Assembly: GCF_963921235.1 (NCBI RefSeq)
Contig: NC_086101.1
Coordinates: forward strand, 11,844,001 to 11,908,000
Source: Mobula hypostoma
Taxonomy: Eukaryota
Length of the DNA stretch: 64,000 nucleotides
Reading direction: 5' to 3'
Below the pieces are notes generated by a model that was given only the letters and a program-made list of their open reading frames with translations, ran no database searches and had not been told where the DNA came from. Positions 1 through 12,996 of this stretch are shown in pieces (within the stretch, counting starts at the first letter, position 1; the number at the start of each line of letters is the position of its first letter). Position numbers and translations under genes: made by a program.

Positions 1-499
1 TAGTATCAGCAAAGCAGAGGTTAAGTGTGTAACCTGGGAAAAAAATCAACCGAATGTGGCAAGAAAGATGGGACAGGGAGGGGAAAGGGAGGCATTTATA
101 TCAAATACAAAAGAGTGTTGCAGTTACTAGGGTAGGTAATGGAAACAAGAGAGGAAATTGTGTGGACTAGGTTAAGGCTGGGGCACTGTGTACTGAACAA
201 AACATTGAAAATGATAGGGAAACACCAGACAGGATTGTGTGAGGAATGTCAGGAAGAGGAGTCAGTAGAACATGTCGTTTTGTGTTGCAGGAAGTATGGG
301 ATACAGAGAGAGATGATGAGAAATAAATTAAGGGAGTTGGGGATGCAGGAATTCACATTAAAAGGGTTGCTGGGCATGGGTGAGAGAGCACAAGTCCGGG
401 TGTTTTTAGCGTTTTTAAGGGGTACAGGGGTTTTTTATAGAATATGACGAATAAACAGGAATAGGATACTAGGATGGTCAAAGATGGGAGGGTGAAGTG

Positions 500-533
<34 letters not shown>

Positions 534-640
534 GGGATTTAGAATGTATGTCTAGTGCACATTCTGGAGCAGAGGGTGGCGGTAATGCACCATTAAGCTG
601 GATGCCAACCGCTGTAAAACAAGATACAGAGAGAGAGAGA
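1..640 (+). mobile_element. 3' end of an I-group (Nimb-like) LINE, C-terminal Cys/His region, ending in a (GA)n tail
   Basis: ORF 139..447 TRLRLGHCVLN...CEECQEEESVEHVVLCC resembles the RLRxGH / CxxC...ESVEH..xC C-terminus of I/Nimb-clade ORF2; followed by a 3' UTR and microsatellite tail. Confidence 0.7.
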
Positions 641-699
641 GACCCCGACCCCGGACCCCGCCTGTGCGGATTGCAAAACTCAACAGAACCTCTTGTGTT

Positions 700-1146
700 A
701 ACATAGAACATAGAATAGTACAGCACATTACAGGCCCTTCGGCCCACAATGTTGTGCCGACCCTCAAACCCTGCCTCCCATATAAGCCTCCAACTTAGAT
801 TCCTCCATATACCTGTCTAGTAGTCTCTTAAACTTCACTAGTGTATCTGCCTTCACCACTGACTCAGGCAGTGCATTCCACACACCAACCACTCTCTGAG
901 TAAAAAACCTTCCTCTAATATCCCCCTTGAACTTCCCACCCCTTACCTTAAAGCCATGTCCTCTTGTATTGAGCAGTGGTGCCCTGGGGAAAAGGCGCTG
1001 GCTATCCACTCTATCTATTCCTCTTGTTATCTTGTACACCTCTATCATGTCTCCTCTCATCCTCCTTCTCTCCAAAGAGTAAAGCCCTAGCTCCCTTAAT
1101 CTCTGATCATAATGCATACTTTCTAAACCAGGCAGCATCCTGGTAA
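700..1146 (-). mobile_element. CR1-type LINE 3' fragment
   Basis: LGLYSLERRRMRGDMIEVYKI...FFTQRVVGVWNALP motif; (AGAACAT)n tail at about 700-720. Confidence 0.9.
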
Positions 1147-1890
1147 CATGGTAATCACATGTTAACCTTTTCATTCCTGGAATCATTTTTGTCTTGTTTT
1201 ATCATTCTTCTGGCCTTGTTTAATGTCTTTTTCAGCAAGCTAGATTTTTGCATATAGACATTTAAAAGCAGAACAAAAATGGAAAGTGCATCCCTTTAGA
1301 ACAGAGAATAGGAAGAATATCTTTAGCCAGAGGGAGGTGAATCATTTTGCCACATACGGCTGTGGAGTCCAAGTCATTGGGAATATTCAAAGGAGAAGTT
1401 TTTATAAGAAACACTAGAGGAACTCAGCAGGTCAGACAGCATCTATGGGAATAGATCAACAGTTGACGTTTCAGGCCGAGTCCCTTCATCGGGAGAAGTT
1501 GATGAGTTCCTGGTAGGTAAAGGGTGTCAAAGGTTACATGTAGACGGCAGGAAAATTGGGGTTCAGAGGGTTAATAAATCAGCCATGATGGAATAACAGC
1601 AGACTCGATGGGCTGAACTGTCTAATTTTGCTCCGATGTCTTATGACAAGTTGGGCAGCATCCGTGGAATGGGAAGCAATTAATATTCTTTGGTCTGATA
1701 AACATCCCTCCATCTAGAAATGTTATCGGTTTCTCTTCCCACGGATGCTGCCTGACTTGCTGAGATGTTCCATCATCTTCTGCTTTTGTTCAGATTTAGA
1801 AACATCACGGCTTTGTAATGGTTTCATTCTGCTATCCATGCAAAGACAATTGGTGTTCATTTCCCTTTGTTTTTGTTTATTTTCTTTCAG

Positions 1891-1913
1891 GATGAAATCA
1901 GAGAGAATAGAAG
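1891..1913 (+). CDS. TRIM gene 23-bp micro-exon (DEIRENR+)
   Basis: Polypyrimidine tract ...ttttctttcag, 23 nt, then gtgggt donor; phase 0 to 2; splices in frame to the next exon; a 23-bp exon after the coiled coil is typical of TRIM-B30.2 genes. Confidence 0.8.
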
Positions 1914-2011
1914 GTGGGTCATGTCCTTTTATTACAGTACTGAATGATTGGATAAAATATCTCAGTAAACAAATACGCTGATTTTTGTAACTAATTGTTT
2001 GACATTTGCAG

Positions 2012-2127
2012 AGTTATTTCTGGGAGTGTTACACTGTCATTGGTAGACACTGCATTGTCTAGTGAAAAGCTGGGTGGTCCTTTCCAATACAAAATTTGGA
2101 GAGAGCTAATCGATGCTGTTGAACCAG
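2012..2127 (+). CDS. TRIM gene 116-bp linker exon (VISGSVTLSLVDTALSSEKLGGPFQYKIWRELIDAVEP)
   Basis: ctaat branch point and tttgcag acceptor, CCAG|gtaac donor; GPFQYKIWRE motif typical of the pre-PRY linker; phase 2 to 1 joins the 7233 exon in frame. Confidence 0.88.
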
Positions 2128-2708
2128 GTAACACTTTTAGTTTTCTTTACAAAGTGTGTTAATTATTACAAGATTGTAGACCTGAACCACCATTACAGCT
2201 GGCATTTCCTCCCCTCCCCCCCCCACCCCAGCCTTGCAGCTTGTTCTCTCTCACATGCCAAAACTCTCTTATTTTATGGTCACTTACCGACATCAAGGGG
2301 CAATACACAGCAGTCATCAGCACAACTTTGGGGTGTGGCAGGAAACCTGGGAGAGGCCCACGTAGTAACAGAGACCACGTGATTCCACACAGATAGGACA
2401 GTATACTGACTGGCCGCATCACTGCCCGGTATGGACCCACCTACGCCCTTGAACAGAAAGTCCTACAAAAAGTAGTGGATATGGCCCGCCTCCAATAAAG
2501 CCTTCCCCACCATTGAGAACACCTGCATGGGGCATTGTCGCAGGAAAGCAGCGTCCCAACCACCCAGGCCGTGCCCTCTTCCCACTGCTGCCATCAGGAA
2601 AAAGGACTCACACCACCAAATTCAGGAACAGTTATTACCCCTCAAGTATCAGTCTCCTGAAACAGTGGGGATAACTTCACTCAACTTGTTCCATCCCTGA
2701 CTTGCAAT

Positions 2709-4170
2709 AGACAGTAGGTGCAGGAGTAGGCCATTCGGCCCTTCGAGCCAGCACCGCCATTCACTGTGATCATGGCTGATCATCCACAATCAGTAACCCG
2801 TTCCTGCCTTCTCCCCATATCGCTTGACTCCACTATCTTTAAGAGCTCTATCTAACTCTTTCTTGAAAGCATCCAGAGAATTGACATCCACTGCCTTCTG
2901 GGGCAGAGCATTCCACATATCCACCACTCTCTGGGTGAAAAAGTTTTTCCTCAACTCCGTTCTAAATGGCCTACCCCTTATTCTCAAATTGTGGCCTCTG
3001 GTCCTGGACTCCCCCAACATCGGGAACATGTTTCCTGCCTCTAGTGTGTCCAATCCCTTAATAATCTCAAACAACAGGAATTCTGTAGATGCTGGAGATT
3101 CAAGCAACACATATCAAAGGGTCTCGGCCTGAAACGTCGACTGTACCTCTTCCTAGAGATGCTGCCTGGCCTGCTGCGTTCACCAGCAACTTTGATGAGT
3201 GTTCCCTTAATAATCTTATATGTTTCAATCAGATCCCCTCTCATTCTTCTAAATTCCAGTGTATACAAGCCCAGTCACTCCAATCTTACAACATATGACA
3301 GTCCTGCCATCCCGGGAATTAACCTCGTGAACCTACGCTGCACTCCCTCAATAGCAAGAATGTCCTTCCTCAAATTTGGAGACCAAAACTGCACACAATA
3401 CTCCAGGTGTGGTCTCACCAGGGCCCTGTACAACTGTAGAAGGACCTCTTTGCACCTATACTCAATTTCCCTTGTTATGAAGGCCCGCATGCCATTAGCT
3501 TTCTTCACTGCCTGCTGTACTTGCATGCTTGCTTTCAGTGACTGATGTACAAGAACACCTAGATCTTGTTGTACTTCCCCTTTTCCTAACTTGACACCAT
3601 TTAGATAGTAATCTGCTTTCCTGTTCTTGCCACCAAAGTGGATAACCTCACATTTATCCACATTAAACTGCATCTGCCATGCATCTGCCCACTCACCCAA
3701 CCTGTCCAAGTCACCCTGCATTCTCGTAACCTCCTCCTCACGTTTCACACTACTACCCAGCTTTGTGTCATCTGCAAATTTTCTAACGTTACTTTTAATC
3801 CCTTCATCTAAATCATTAATGTATATTGTAAATAGAACTTATCCTGCACCTTCTGTATTATTCCCAGAAATACCTGCCATTGTTGTTCCACTGTCATCCC
3901 TGCTAGAGTATCTTTCCAGTCAACTTTGGCCAGCTCCTCCCTCATGGCTCCATAGTCCCCGTTGTTCAACTGTAATAATGACACTTCCGATTTTCCCTCC
4001 TCCCTCTCAAATTGTAGATTAAAACTTATCATATTATGGTCACTACCTCCTAATGGCTCCTTTACCTCGAGTTCCCTTATCAAATCTGGTTCATTACACA
4101 GCACTAAATCCAGAATTGCCTTCTCCCTGGTAGGCTCCAGTGCAAGCTGCTGTAAGAATCCATTTCGGAC
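2709..4170 (-). mobile_element. CR1 LINE, internally deleted ORF2 pieces, interrupted by a Penelope-derived insert
   Basis: ORFs 2790..3110, 3275..3748 (WQMQFNVDKCEVIHFG, RPHLEYCVQFWSP) and 3808..4182 (endonuclease LDLVL...SDHN). Confidence 0.92.
3068..3202. mobile_element. Penelope-derived short element with internal inversion
   Basis: 14-bp TSD tcccttaataatct at 3054-3067 and 3203-3216; carries a partial hammerhead (gggtctcggcctgaaacgtcgac). Confidence 0.8.
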
Positions 4171-4398
4171 TTCTTCCAACAACCTTTGGACTTGCTTTTC
4201 AAGGACGTATTACCTCATGTTCTCGATATTTATTGCTTATTCATGTAATTATTTTCCTTTCTTTTTGTATTTGCAGTTTGTTATCTTTTGTACACTGATT
4301 GTGTGGTCTATTATGGTTATTGGCTTTATTAAGTATGCCACAAGGAAACATGTCAGGATTGTATATGGTGACAGTATGTACTTTGATAAATTTACTTT

Positions 4399-4660
4399 GG
4401 GGTGGCATGGTGACATAGTGGTCAGCACAACGCTTTACCGTTTAAGTGACCCAGGTTCGATTCCCACTGATGCCTGTAAGGAGCTCGTACCTTCGCCCTA
4501 TGACCGCATGGGTTTCCTCTGGGTGCTCTGGTTTCCTCCCACAGTCCAAAGGTGTACTGGTTGGTAGGTTCATTGGTCATTGTAAATTCTCCCATGATTA
4601 GGCTCAGATTAAACCGGGGATTGCTCGGCGGTGTGGCTTGAAAGGCCGAGTTGTGTCTCA
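4399..4660 (+). mobile_element. tRNA-derived SINE; related copies at about 12484, 34850, 37500 (-), 47100 (-), 47765 and 60100 (-)
   Basis: A-box-like tggtgacatagtgg and B-box ggttcgattccc, followed by the shared ctgtaaggag...gggtttcctc...ctccca core. Confidence 0.75.
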
Positions 4661-5894
4661 AAAGATAACGAAGCTTTGAATCTCCAGACGTCAGAATTGA
4701 GCCCTGCTATTTGGAGCTGTGAGGCGGCCACACCACCGGCGATTGCTAAACGGAACAGAGTGTGTTTTCATAGAGCAGCCTTAAAGAAGATCTTGGCTGA
4801 CCTCTTACACACTAATTCAACAAAACTGCACGAGTCACACGATTTTGGGACCACAAAATCCCTGCAGCACCTTGTGTCTGGGGATACATTGTTCTTACTT
4901 CAACACTTCCTTCTCTTCCTGTGCTTCCTACACTAATACTTGTGCCAAAATCACATTGCGGTCCCTTCACCTGCTGCTTTCTGTGGCTGAGAAGGGTGTG
5001 GGCAATGCTCTGTGTTTCTGCATGGGACTGATAGGACCAAGAGCAATACAACACAGTACAGGCCCTTCAGCCCACATGTTGTGCTAGCCTTTTAACCTAC
5101 TCTAAGGTCAATCTAACCCTTCCCTCTCACCACACTCCATTTTTCTACCATCCATGTGCCTAGCTCAGAGTTTCTTCAATGTGTCTCATGCAGCTGCTCC
5201 TATCACCACCACCCTGGCAGGGTGTGCCACACACCCACCACTCTGTGTGTGTGGGGGGTGGGGGGAATAATCTTACCTCTGACATCCTTTCCTCCAGTCG
5301 CCTCAATGATATGCCCCCCTGGATTAGCAATTTCCACTCTGGGAATGTCTCTAGCTTTCAACTCAATCAATGCCTCTTATCTTGAGGTGTATTTCATAGA
5401 GTTCCTAAAGCATTATGTGTGTGTGCGTGTGTTTGTTTTACTCAGGAATTCCAGCATCTGCAGAATCTCTTGTGGTTAACATATTAATCCTTTTATTCCT
5501 GGGATTATCCTTGCAAGCCTCCATTTAAAACGTACGAGCAGGAATTTTCTTTAACCAGCGGGTGGTGAATCTGTGGAATTCATTGCTGTGGAAGGCTGTG
5601 GGGGCCAAGTTATTGGGTATACTTAAAGCAGAGGTTGGTAGGAGTTTCAAAGGTTACGGGTAGAAGGCAGGAAAATGAGGTTCAGAGAGATAATAAATCA
5701 GCCATGATGGAATGGCAGAGCAGACTCGATGGGCTGAATGGCCCAATTCTGCTCCGGTGTCTCATAGGCGTAACTCCAGTGTTGGCCTTCTTTTGTAAAA
5801 TGACATGAAGTCCAAGTCCGTACCTCCCTGCAGGTAGCTGCACAGGTTGGTGGGCTGGGCAAGAAGGTGTATGGCATGCCGGCAACTACAGGGC

Positions 5895-6370
5895 ACTGAG
5901 GTCAGGAGTCAAGAAGTAATGTTACAGCTTAATAAAACTCTAGTTAGGCCCCGTCTGGGGTATTGCATTCAGAGCTGGTCAGCCCTTTATAGGAAAGATG
6001 TAGAGGCCTTGGAGGGGGTGCTGCCTGGATTAGAGGGCATGTGCTTTAAGGAAAGGTTGGACAAACTCGTGCTGTTTAGTCTTGAGCGGTGGAGGCTGAG
6101 GGGAGACCTCACAGGTTTATAGGATGAGAAGCTCAGAGAGAGTAGAGGATCTGAATCCTTTTCCCAGGGTCAAAATATCTAATTACGCATTTAACCCAAA
6201 AGGGCGTAAGTTCAAAAGAAATGTGTGGGGCTATTTTTTGACACGGAGAGTGGAGGGAGCCTGGAATGTGTGCCAGGTTGGTAGTGGAGGCAGATACGAT
6301 AGAGTGTTTTAGATAGGCAGATGAAAATGGAAGGATATGGGCATTGTGTAGGCAGAACTGATTAGTTAAG
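5895..6370 (+). mobile_element. Degenerate CR1 3' fragment
   Basis: VMLQLNKTLVRPRLGYCIQSWS...LERWRLRGDL. Confidence 0.8.
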
Positions 6371-6504
6371 CGTTGATTTACTAGGGTGGCATGATAATGT
6401 AGCAGTTACACCTTTTAGCGCCAGTGATCTGAGTCTAATTCCCAGCGCTGTCTGTAGGCAGTTTGTACATTCTCCCCATGATCAGTTGCTCTGTGCCCCA
6501 CTCT

Positions 6505-6960
6505 CTTCCTTCTTTCTTTGTTAATCTTTTTATTGATTTAAAAGGAACATAAATACAAGCAAGAGGAGAATTAGCTCAAATATATATATATCAATAACAA
6601 TACTAACCGAGATTGAGATAGACATTATCAACATCATACATAGTGTTAAGCTAGTATATAATAAAAAAAAAGAAAACAGCAATTCTCCTCTTATCAGTTC
6701 ATAAGGAGAGAAGAAAAAACTTTGGATTTTAAATGAAGGAAAAAACCCCACTACGCTATACAAAACAAAAGAAACAATAAAGTCGAAAAGGCTATCATAC
6801 GTTGAGCGGAAACAGGAGTGTTTCCTGCTTCCAATGGGATAATCCCAAAAATTGCCGTAAGCAAATTATGTTGTAAATCCAGATCCAAGACTTTTGATTC
6901 TCCAAAAGTTATCTAGCTCTATACAAGACCAATACATTTGAGTTAAAGTGGCCACCTCAA
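6505..6960 (-). mobile_element. Older L1-family 3' end fragment
   Basis: tctttctttgttaatctttttattg terminus has the same architecture as the L1 3' ends at 12997 and 56749. Confidence 0.5.
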
Positions 6961-7232
6961 TATTACATCTGTCACAAATAGGATTGATATTGGGAAAACC
7001 ACTCTCATTCCAGACACACAACATGCGTTGTGGGCAGGAAGTGTGGGGACACTCTGGGCTGTTCCCAGCTCAATCCTTGGACTGTGTTGGTCGTTGACGT
7101 AAAACTTGCATTTGCAAATACTGTAGAGCTATTCTTTTATCTTCCTCAAGTTTAGTTAGCTTGGCACATCATGGCTCAAAAGGGCTCATTTCTGTGCTGA
7201 AATCACTCATTGTGTTAATTTTTTTTTGCCAG

Positions 7233-7774
7233 CTCCTGCCTCCCTAACTCTGGATCCAGATACAGCCCATTTCAATCTTATATTGTCCGAGGACCGGACC
7301 AGCGTGAGGCTTGGAGACCAACGCAAGGAGCTCCCCGATACTCCCAGGAGGTTTGATTTCAGGGCTTGTGTCCTGGGATCTAATGGTTTCACTTCAGGGA
7401 AGCACTACTGGGAGGTGGACGTGGCGACTAAGACCTCATGGGAGTTAGGTGTGGCCCTGGAGTCAGCCCAGAGGAAAGGGCGAATCAACATGAAACCGGA
7501 GATGGGATATTACGCCATTTGCCTTGTATGTGAAAATTCTTATGTTGCCCTCAGCTCCCCAAGGACCACCCTCACCCCCGGTGTGAGACCCAGTAAAATC
7601 GGAGTGTACCTGGACCACAAGGTTGGGCAGGTGTCATTTTACAATGCAGATAGTATGAGCCTTCTCCATACCTTCACCCACACTTTGAGGGGCAGGGTCT
7701 TCCCCTTTTTCAACCCAGGATTGAATAACGATGGGAAAAACTCAGCACCCTTGATAATCCGCGGGGTTCAGTAA
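7233..7774 (+). CDS. TRIM gene terminal exon, PRY-SPRY (B30.2) domain; TRIM39/TRIM35/TRIM69-like
   Basis: tttttttgccag acceptor; APASLTLDPDTAH...RFD...CVLG..GFTSGKHYWEVDV...IGVYLD...VSFYN...FPFFNP; intact to TAA. RING/B-box exons are presumably upstream of the window. Confidence 0.93.
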
Positions 7775-9378
7775 CACTAACAGACCCATGTTGCCCACCC
7801 GATGGCCAGAGGAGTGGCAGTCACACATCACCTCAGGTCAGAATCAGATCAGGTTTCTTGTCACTGCCATCAGTCGTGGAATATGTTGTTTTCTTGGCAG
7901 CGGTACGGTGCAGGCATGACAAATTACTGTAAGTTACCATAAAGTTATAAATCGTGAGATTGTGTTCATCGACTGGTCAGTTCTTTGCTCAGGCTGGCTT
8001 TGACTGCAGGGTTGTTGTTGTGACACCATTCGAGCAGCCTATCTATTTCGCTGCTGTACGCCTCCTCATCACCGGGTCAAGTTGGACGCCACTGGAGTCA
8101 CACAGAGTCAGAGAAAAGTACAGCACAGAAACAGACCGTCGGAACCGTATAAACTGCCGACTCCCATCGATCATTAATTACCCAGGACATTCCCTCTTCT
8201 CATTGCTACCATCAGGGAAGAGGTATAGGAGTTTGAAATCACTCACTCAATAATTCAGGAACACCTTCTTCCCCTTCCTCATCAAATTTCTGAATGGACA
8301 TTGAGTCCATGAACACGACCTCACTACTTTTTTCTCCCCCTTTTTGCATTACTGATGCCCTGGATGCCGGAGAGGTTAGTGCCCACGATAGAGCTCGCTG
8401 AGTTTACAACTTCCTGCAGATTATTTCAATCCTGTGGAGTAGCTCTCCCCTACCCACCCCCAACACCAGAGAAGTTAACAACCAGGAACAGGAACCTGCT
8501 CACCCTTTCCCTCTGATAAGAGCCTGGAAGGTCAAAGCTGGGTTCATTGTCACATGCACCAATACATGCGTGCAGTGTTTGCAATGGAGATCATTCTTGT
8601 TACAGCATCGCAGGCACATCAGATAAGTGGCAATCGCAAGAAAAACGTAAACATAAATTATAAGGATTTTTATAAGAAGTCAATTTTAGTGCAAAGGGGT
8701 CCTAGTGTCACTACCCTGAGGCAGTCATTAGGGTTGTACAATTTGGTTCAAGAATATAATGGTTGAAGGGAGGTACCTTTTCTTGAACCTGGTGGTGTGG
8801 GACTTCAGGTTTCTGTACCTCCTGCTGACGGTAGCTGCAAGAAGATGGCTTGGCCCAGATGTTTGGGATCTTTTATGGTGGATGTTGCCGCCTTGAGTTT
8901 GTGCCTCCCGTGTAGACACTTACGATGATGGGGAGGGATGTGCCCATGATGGATAGGACTGAGTGACCACTTTCCGTTGCTCTTTTGTGTTCTCGTGCGT
9001 TCGAATTGCCATATCAGACCATAACACAACCCGCCAGGATACTTTCAACGGTGTATCTGTAACCCTAATGCATGGCAGAGTTTGTGGTAGCAAATCAAAC
9101 TTACTTAGCTTCCTGAAAATTAAAGATGTTGGAGCACAATCCTTATGATTGTACCCATGTGCTGGGCCCAAGACAGGTCATCTGATTTATTTACGTCCAG
9201 GAATTTAAAGTTGCTGAATCTCCCCACCACTAGTTCCCTCCCCCCATGTAGAATGTGCATGTTCACCCTCTCCCACCTTAAGTGAAATTGCTGCCAGGGG
9301 AACTGGTGGAAGCAGATATGATAGCAACACTTAACAGGCATTTAGACACCCATATGAAAGGACAGGGAATAGAGGGAT

Positions 9379-10073
9379 TGTATTGGAGGGGTTGTGACTG
9401 TCACGTGACAGCACTGCCCATTTGCCTGGTCGAGAGGCACGCCACCTACCAATCAATGTTTGACCCCCCTCCTCGCCCATCAATGCACAACTAACCATTG
9501 GCCCCTTTACTTCACCTTGTACTTGGCCTCGTCAATTGGCCTTTGTAATCAGCTTAACTCGGCTGGCACCGAGCCATTGCCTCCCCCGTGAAATACCTGG
9601 GTAGGACCCTCCGGCCCTGCTGCACTACAAAGGGTGCCACGTGTGCTGGACCTTTTCTCTTTGCCATGGGAGGGATCACCTTGCTTCACTCCAGGCTGAG
9701 AACCGTGGAACAGCGCTGGAGAAATTATTGGTGAGTTCTGCAGTGAATAGGGTTGGGAGCGTTGGTTATTGTCCCTAAGAGCAGAGCGCCATGCCTGCAC
9801 AGAGTCAAGGGGGGGGGGGGGCAGGTATCGTACTGACTTTTCCCTTGGTTGTATGTGTGTGTGCGTGTACTTGTTCCCAGGCGATTTTGCCACGTTTGTT
9901 ATTGATTGTCCGCGTGTGTTTTATTGCCGATCCGACTACTGTAAGTTGTGCGCGTGTGCGTGTTGCTATTTTCCCACGTTTGCCTTCTGTAAATAAAATC
10001 CTTTACTACTAAGACTGTGTGTCTAGAGTCCTCGCCTTTGAGACCTACCGAATCTGTTTCCTCCTTTACAACA
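9379..10073 (+). mobile_element. Solo LTR (695 bp)
   Basis: TGT...ACA termini; 5-bp TSD GGGAT at 9374-9378 and 10074-10078; AATAAA near 9992; inserted into a LINE remnant. Confidence 0.85.
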
Positions 10074-10541
10074 GGGATTTAGATCCCATTCAGACAGGTG
10101 TGTAGGTTAAATTGGCATCATGTCCAATTATAGACATTGTGGATGGAAGGATCTGTTCTGTGGTCTCGGACTTTTTATTACAGCGAGTGGTTGGGGTCTG
10201 GAAAACACTGTCAGTGGTGCCAGTGAAGGCAGATTCAATTGTGTTCATAACAGAACTGGATATGTGTCTGAGAGGGAATAATTTACAAAACTTTGCAGAG
10301 GGAGACTAACTGGACTGTTGTTACGCAGAGCTACTATAGAATAAATGGGGTAAACACCCTCCTACTATCCCATAGCTTTTCTGTAAATAAAACAAATAGG
10401 GAGAGTGCAGTCAGTGAGCTGGGACCATTTTGGGGGATGGTCCACAACAGCAGCTGTTAGTAAAATCATCGCCCTCGCTTTATTTTCAATTTGTCTGCTG
10501 GATAAACTATTCCTGCTGGTGAATTAGAGAATAAATCAATG

Positions 10542-11168
10542 CTCAATGGCCTCTTTATTAGATACTGGAGTGGAACCCAGTGTGCTCTTTTGCTGCTGTA
10601 ATCCATCCACATCAAGGTTCAATGTGCTGTGCATGCAGAGATAATCTGCAAACCACACGTGGTTATCTGAGTTACTGTCGCCTTCCTGTCAGCTTGAACC
10701 AGTCTGGCCCTTCTCCTTTAACCTCTCTGATCAACAAGGTATTTTCACCCACAGAATTGCTGCTCACTGGATTTTTTTGTAAACGACAGGAATTCTGCAG
10801 ATGCTGTAAATTTAAGCAACACACATCAAAGTTGCTGGTGAACGCAGCAGGCCAGGCAGCATCTCTAGGAAGAGGTATGGTCGACGTTTCACACCATTCT
10901 CTGTAAATCCTAGAGACTGTTGTGCATGAAAATCCCAGGCGATCAGCAGTTTCTGAGATACTCACACCACCCCGTTTGGCACCAACAATCATTCAACAGT
11001 CAAAAGACACTTGGATCACATTTCTTCCCCATCTGGTGTTTGGTCTGAACAACAACTGAGCCTCTTGACCATTTCTGTATGCTTTTATGCATTGACTTGT
11101 AGCCACATGATTGGCTGATTAGATATTTACATTAACGAGCAGGTGTATCTAATAAAGTGGCCTCTGAG
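10542..11168 (-). mobile_element. Tc1/mariner non-autonomous element with transposase HTH remnant; contains a Penelope-derived insert (about 10781-10890)
   Basis: Imperfect 24-bp TIRs ctcaatggcctctttattagatac / gtatctaataaagtggcctctgag; MIVGAKRGGVSISETADRLGFSCTTVSRIYREW. Confidence 0.85.
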
Positions 11169-11374
11169 GGTATAAACTGTAGGAGGAGAAAGAAGGCTTC
11201 TCATGCTTCAGGAACAAGTGTCTAAATGTAGTTGAGGAGCACTTAAGGCAATGTATACAGCTAACTAAAATGTAAATAAATTGTGGGCCAAAAGGCCTGT
11301 ACTATTCTATGTTCTCTGTTAAATCTCAGCTATCCTGTTCTGGAGGAATAAGATTAAAATGTGTGCTTTGTTTT

Positions 11375-12030
11375 TAAATCTGTTCCCTCTACGCTGCATG
11401 GGCACACTGCCTGAAATGTAACTGAAATGCTCCCGCACACATAGACTTTGTTGCTGCACAGCAGGAATTTTCTTTTATGTCATGTTAATATAATTTTGAA
11501 ATTCTGTTCATACAGTATAATTTTGAAATCTATGTTAATATAATTGTTGAATAACCTGTAATTATGTGTTGATGAATACAATCTGTACATTTTCTAATAA
11601 ATGTACTACAGACTTCACTTTGAAAATTTTAGAGCTTCAATATATTTACATTGTCCATGTTTCAAGTTGCAACACTGTTACAATTTGTAACAATAAACAC
11701 AGAATGGAAGTTGGTAGCTCATAATTAATAAACTGCCAGCCTGCTGAACACTGACCCTGTCAAGTCAATATTCATAGTATACAAAAACAAAACATTTAAA
11801 GTGGTGTGTACTTTTCAGGCCGTGTAGAAGTTTCCTGCTCAAAGCAGTGGTCCATGCAGCTGTAAAAAAAAAATAGATGGAATATTAGCAATAGACATCA
11901 CTGCCACTCTATTGCCCATTTTTACTGCCCCTTTACTCGAGGAGGCAGTTAATAGTCTCCTTTATTGGTCACACACAGATTGAAGGAGGAACATTAGTGA
12001 ACCTGGTGGATTTGCTTTAGGGGAACACAG
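11375..12030. repeat. AT-rich interspersed repeat, possibly a hAT-type non-autonomous element; second copy at about 32030-32625
   Basis: Shared tgtttcaagtt.caacactgtta.a.ttgtaacaataaacacagaatggaag block; ctgttccctcta and taggggaacacag ends are roughly inverted. Confidence 0.55.
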
Positions 12031-12996
12031 TAGCGTAGTGGTGTTGTGTCAAAAGCTAAGGGCTATTTGCAGATCCGATAGAAATAAGCCTTCCCCTCGT
12101 ATTGCTGCACACAGCACAGTTTATTGCGAAGGTACTTAACTCGGCAATGTGCCTGAGCCCACCTGACTGCAGCGCCTCGTTCCGTTTGGTCCACAGCGTC
12201 AGTCGTGACCTAACCTGTGGTGAGCCGGAATCCAAGAGACCTCACCATCAGTGTGCTCATTCCCGTACGCTCTGGTCACTTCTCTCCACCCCAGCCTGGG
12301 TCGATCCTGTGTCCAGGTTGACCCATCACATGACCATTGCCTCAGGCACTACAGGCTCAGTTCTGCAGAGACAATGCCTTGGTCACCTGGCACCCAGGTC
12401 ACCCTTCCCCCACACATCACATATTTGATCCCAGCAATTATTCCTTGATCTGTCTGGCCAACATTTCAGGATTCTTACTATAAGTGGTTAGCACACCGCT
12501 TTATAGCGCCAGTGTCTGGAAGATCAGGGTTCGATTCCGGCAACCGTCCGTAAGGAATTTCTACATTCTCCCTGTTATTGCATGGGTTTCCCCTGGGCCC
12601 GCGAAAAAGACGTACAGAGTTAGTAAGTTGTGGGCCTGCTATTCTGGTGCCAGAAACATTGATCTTGGAGCAGGTTAAATATCATGGTCCAAGGGCCCTG
12701 AGCTGTTCCGTGTTCTACAGTCAGAGTATTCTTTTTTTAAATCAGATCCAAACATTTGATGGTCATTTAAGAAACATGTTAGTTACCACGGGGTCAACAG
12801 TTGGATGTGTTTGTCTGCACTTGGACTTGGAGGCTTACTGTGGAGCAAGAAAATAGGTCCACTGTGGTAGAAGCTCTGGGAGTGTCCTTTCTTTCTCAAA
12901 TGATAATTAACAGCCACAACATAACGGTGGAGGAAATACCTTGATGAAGTAATCTCCATGGTCCCATAATAGCAATAATTTAAGAATCAGATTATC

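Noticed and set aside
4399..4475. tRNA-like A/B boxes here and at about 12484, 24930 and 28395
   Set aside because: SINE heads without a complete cloverleaf; not tRNA genes
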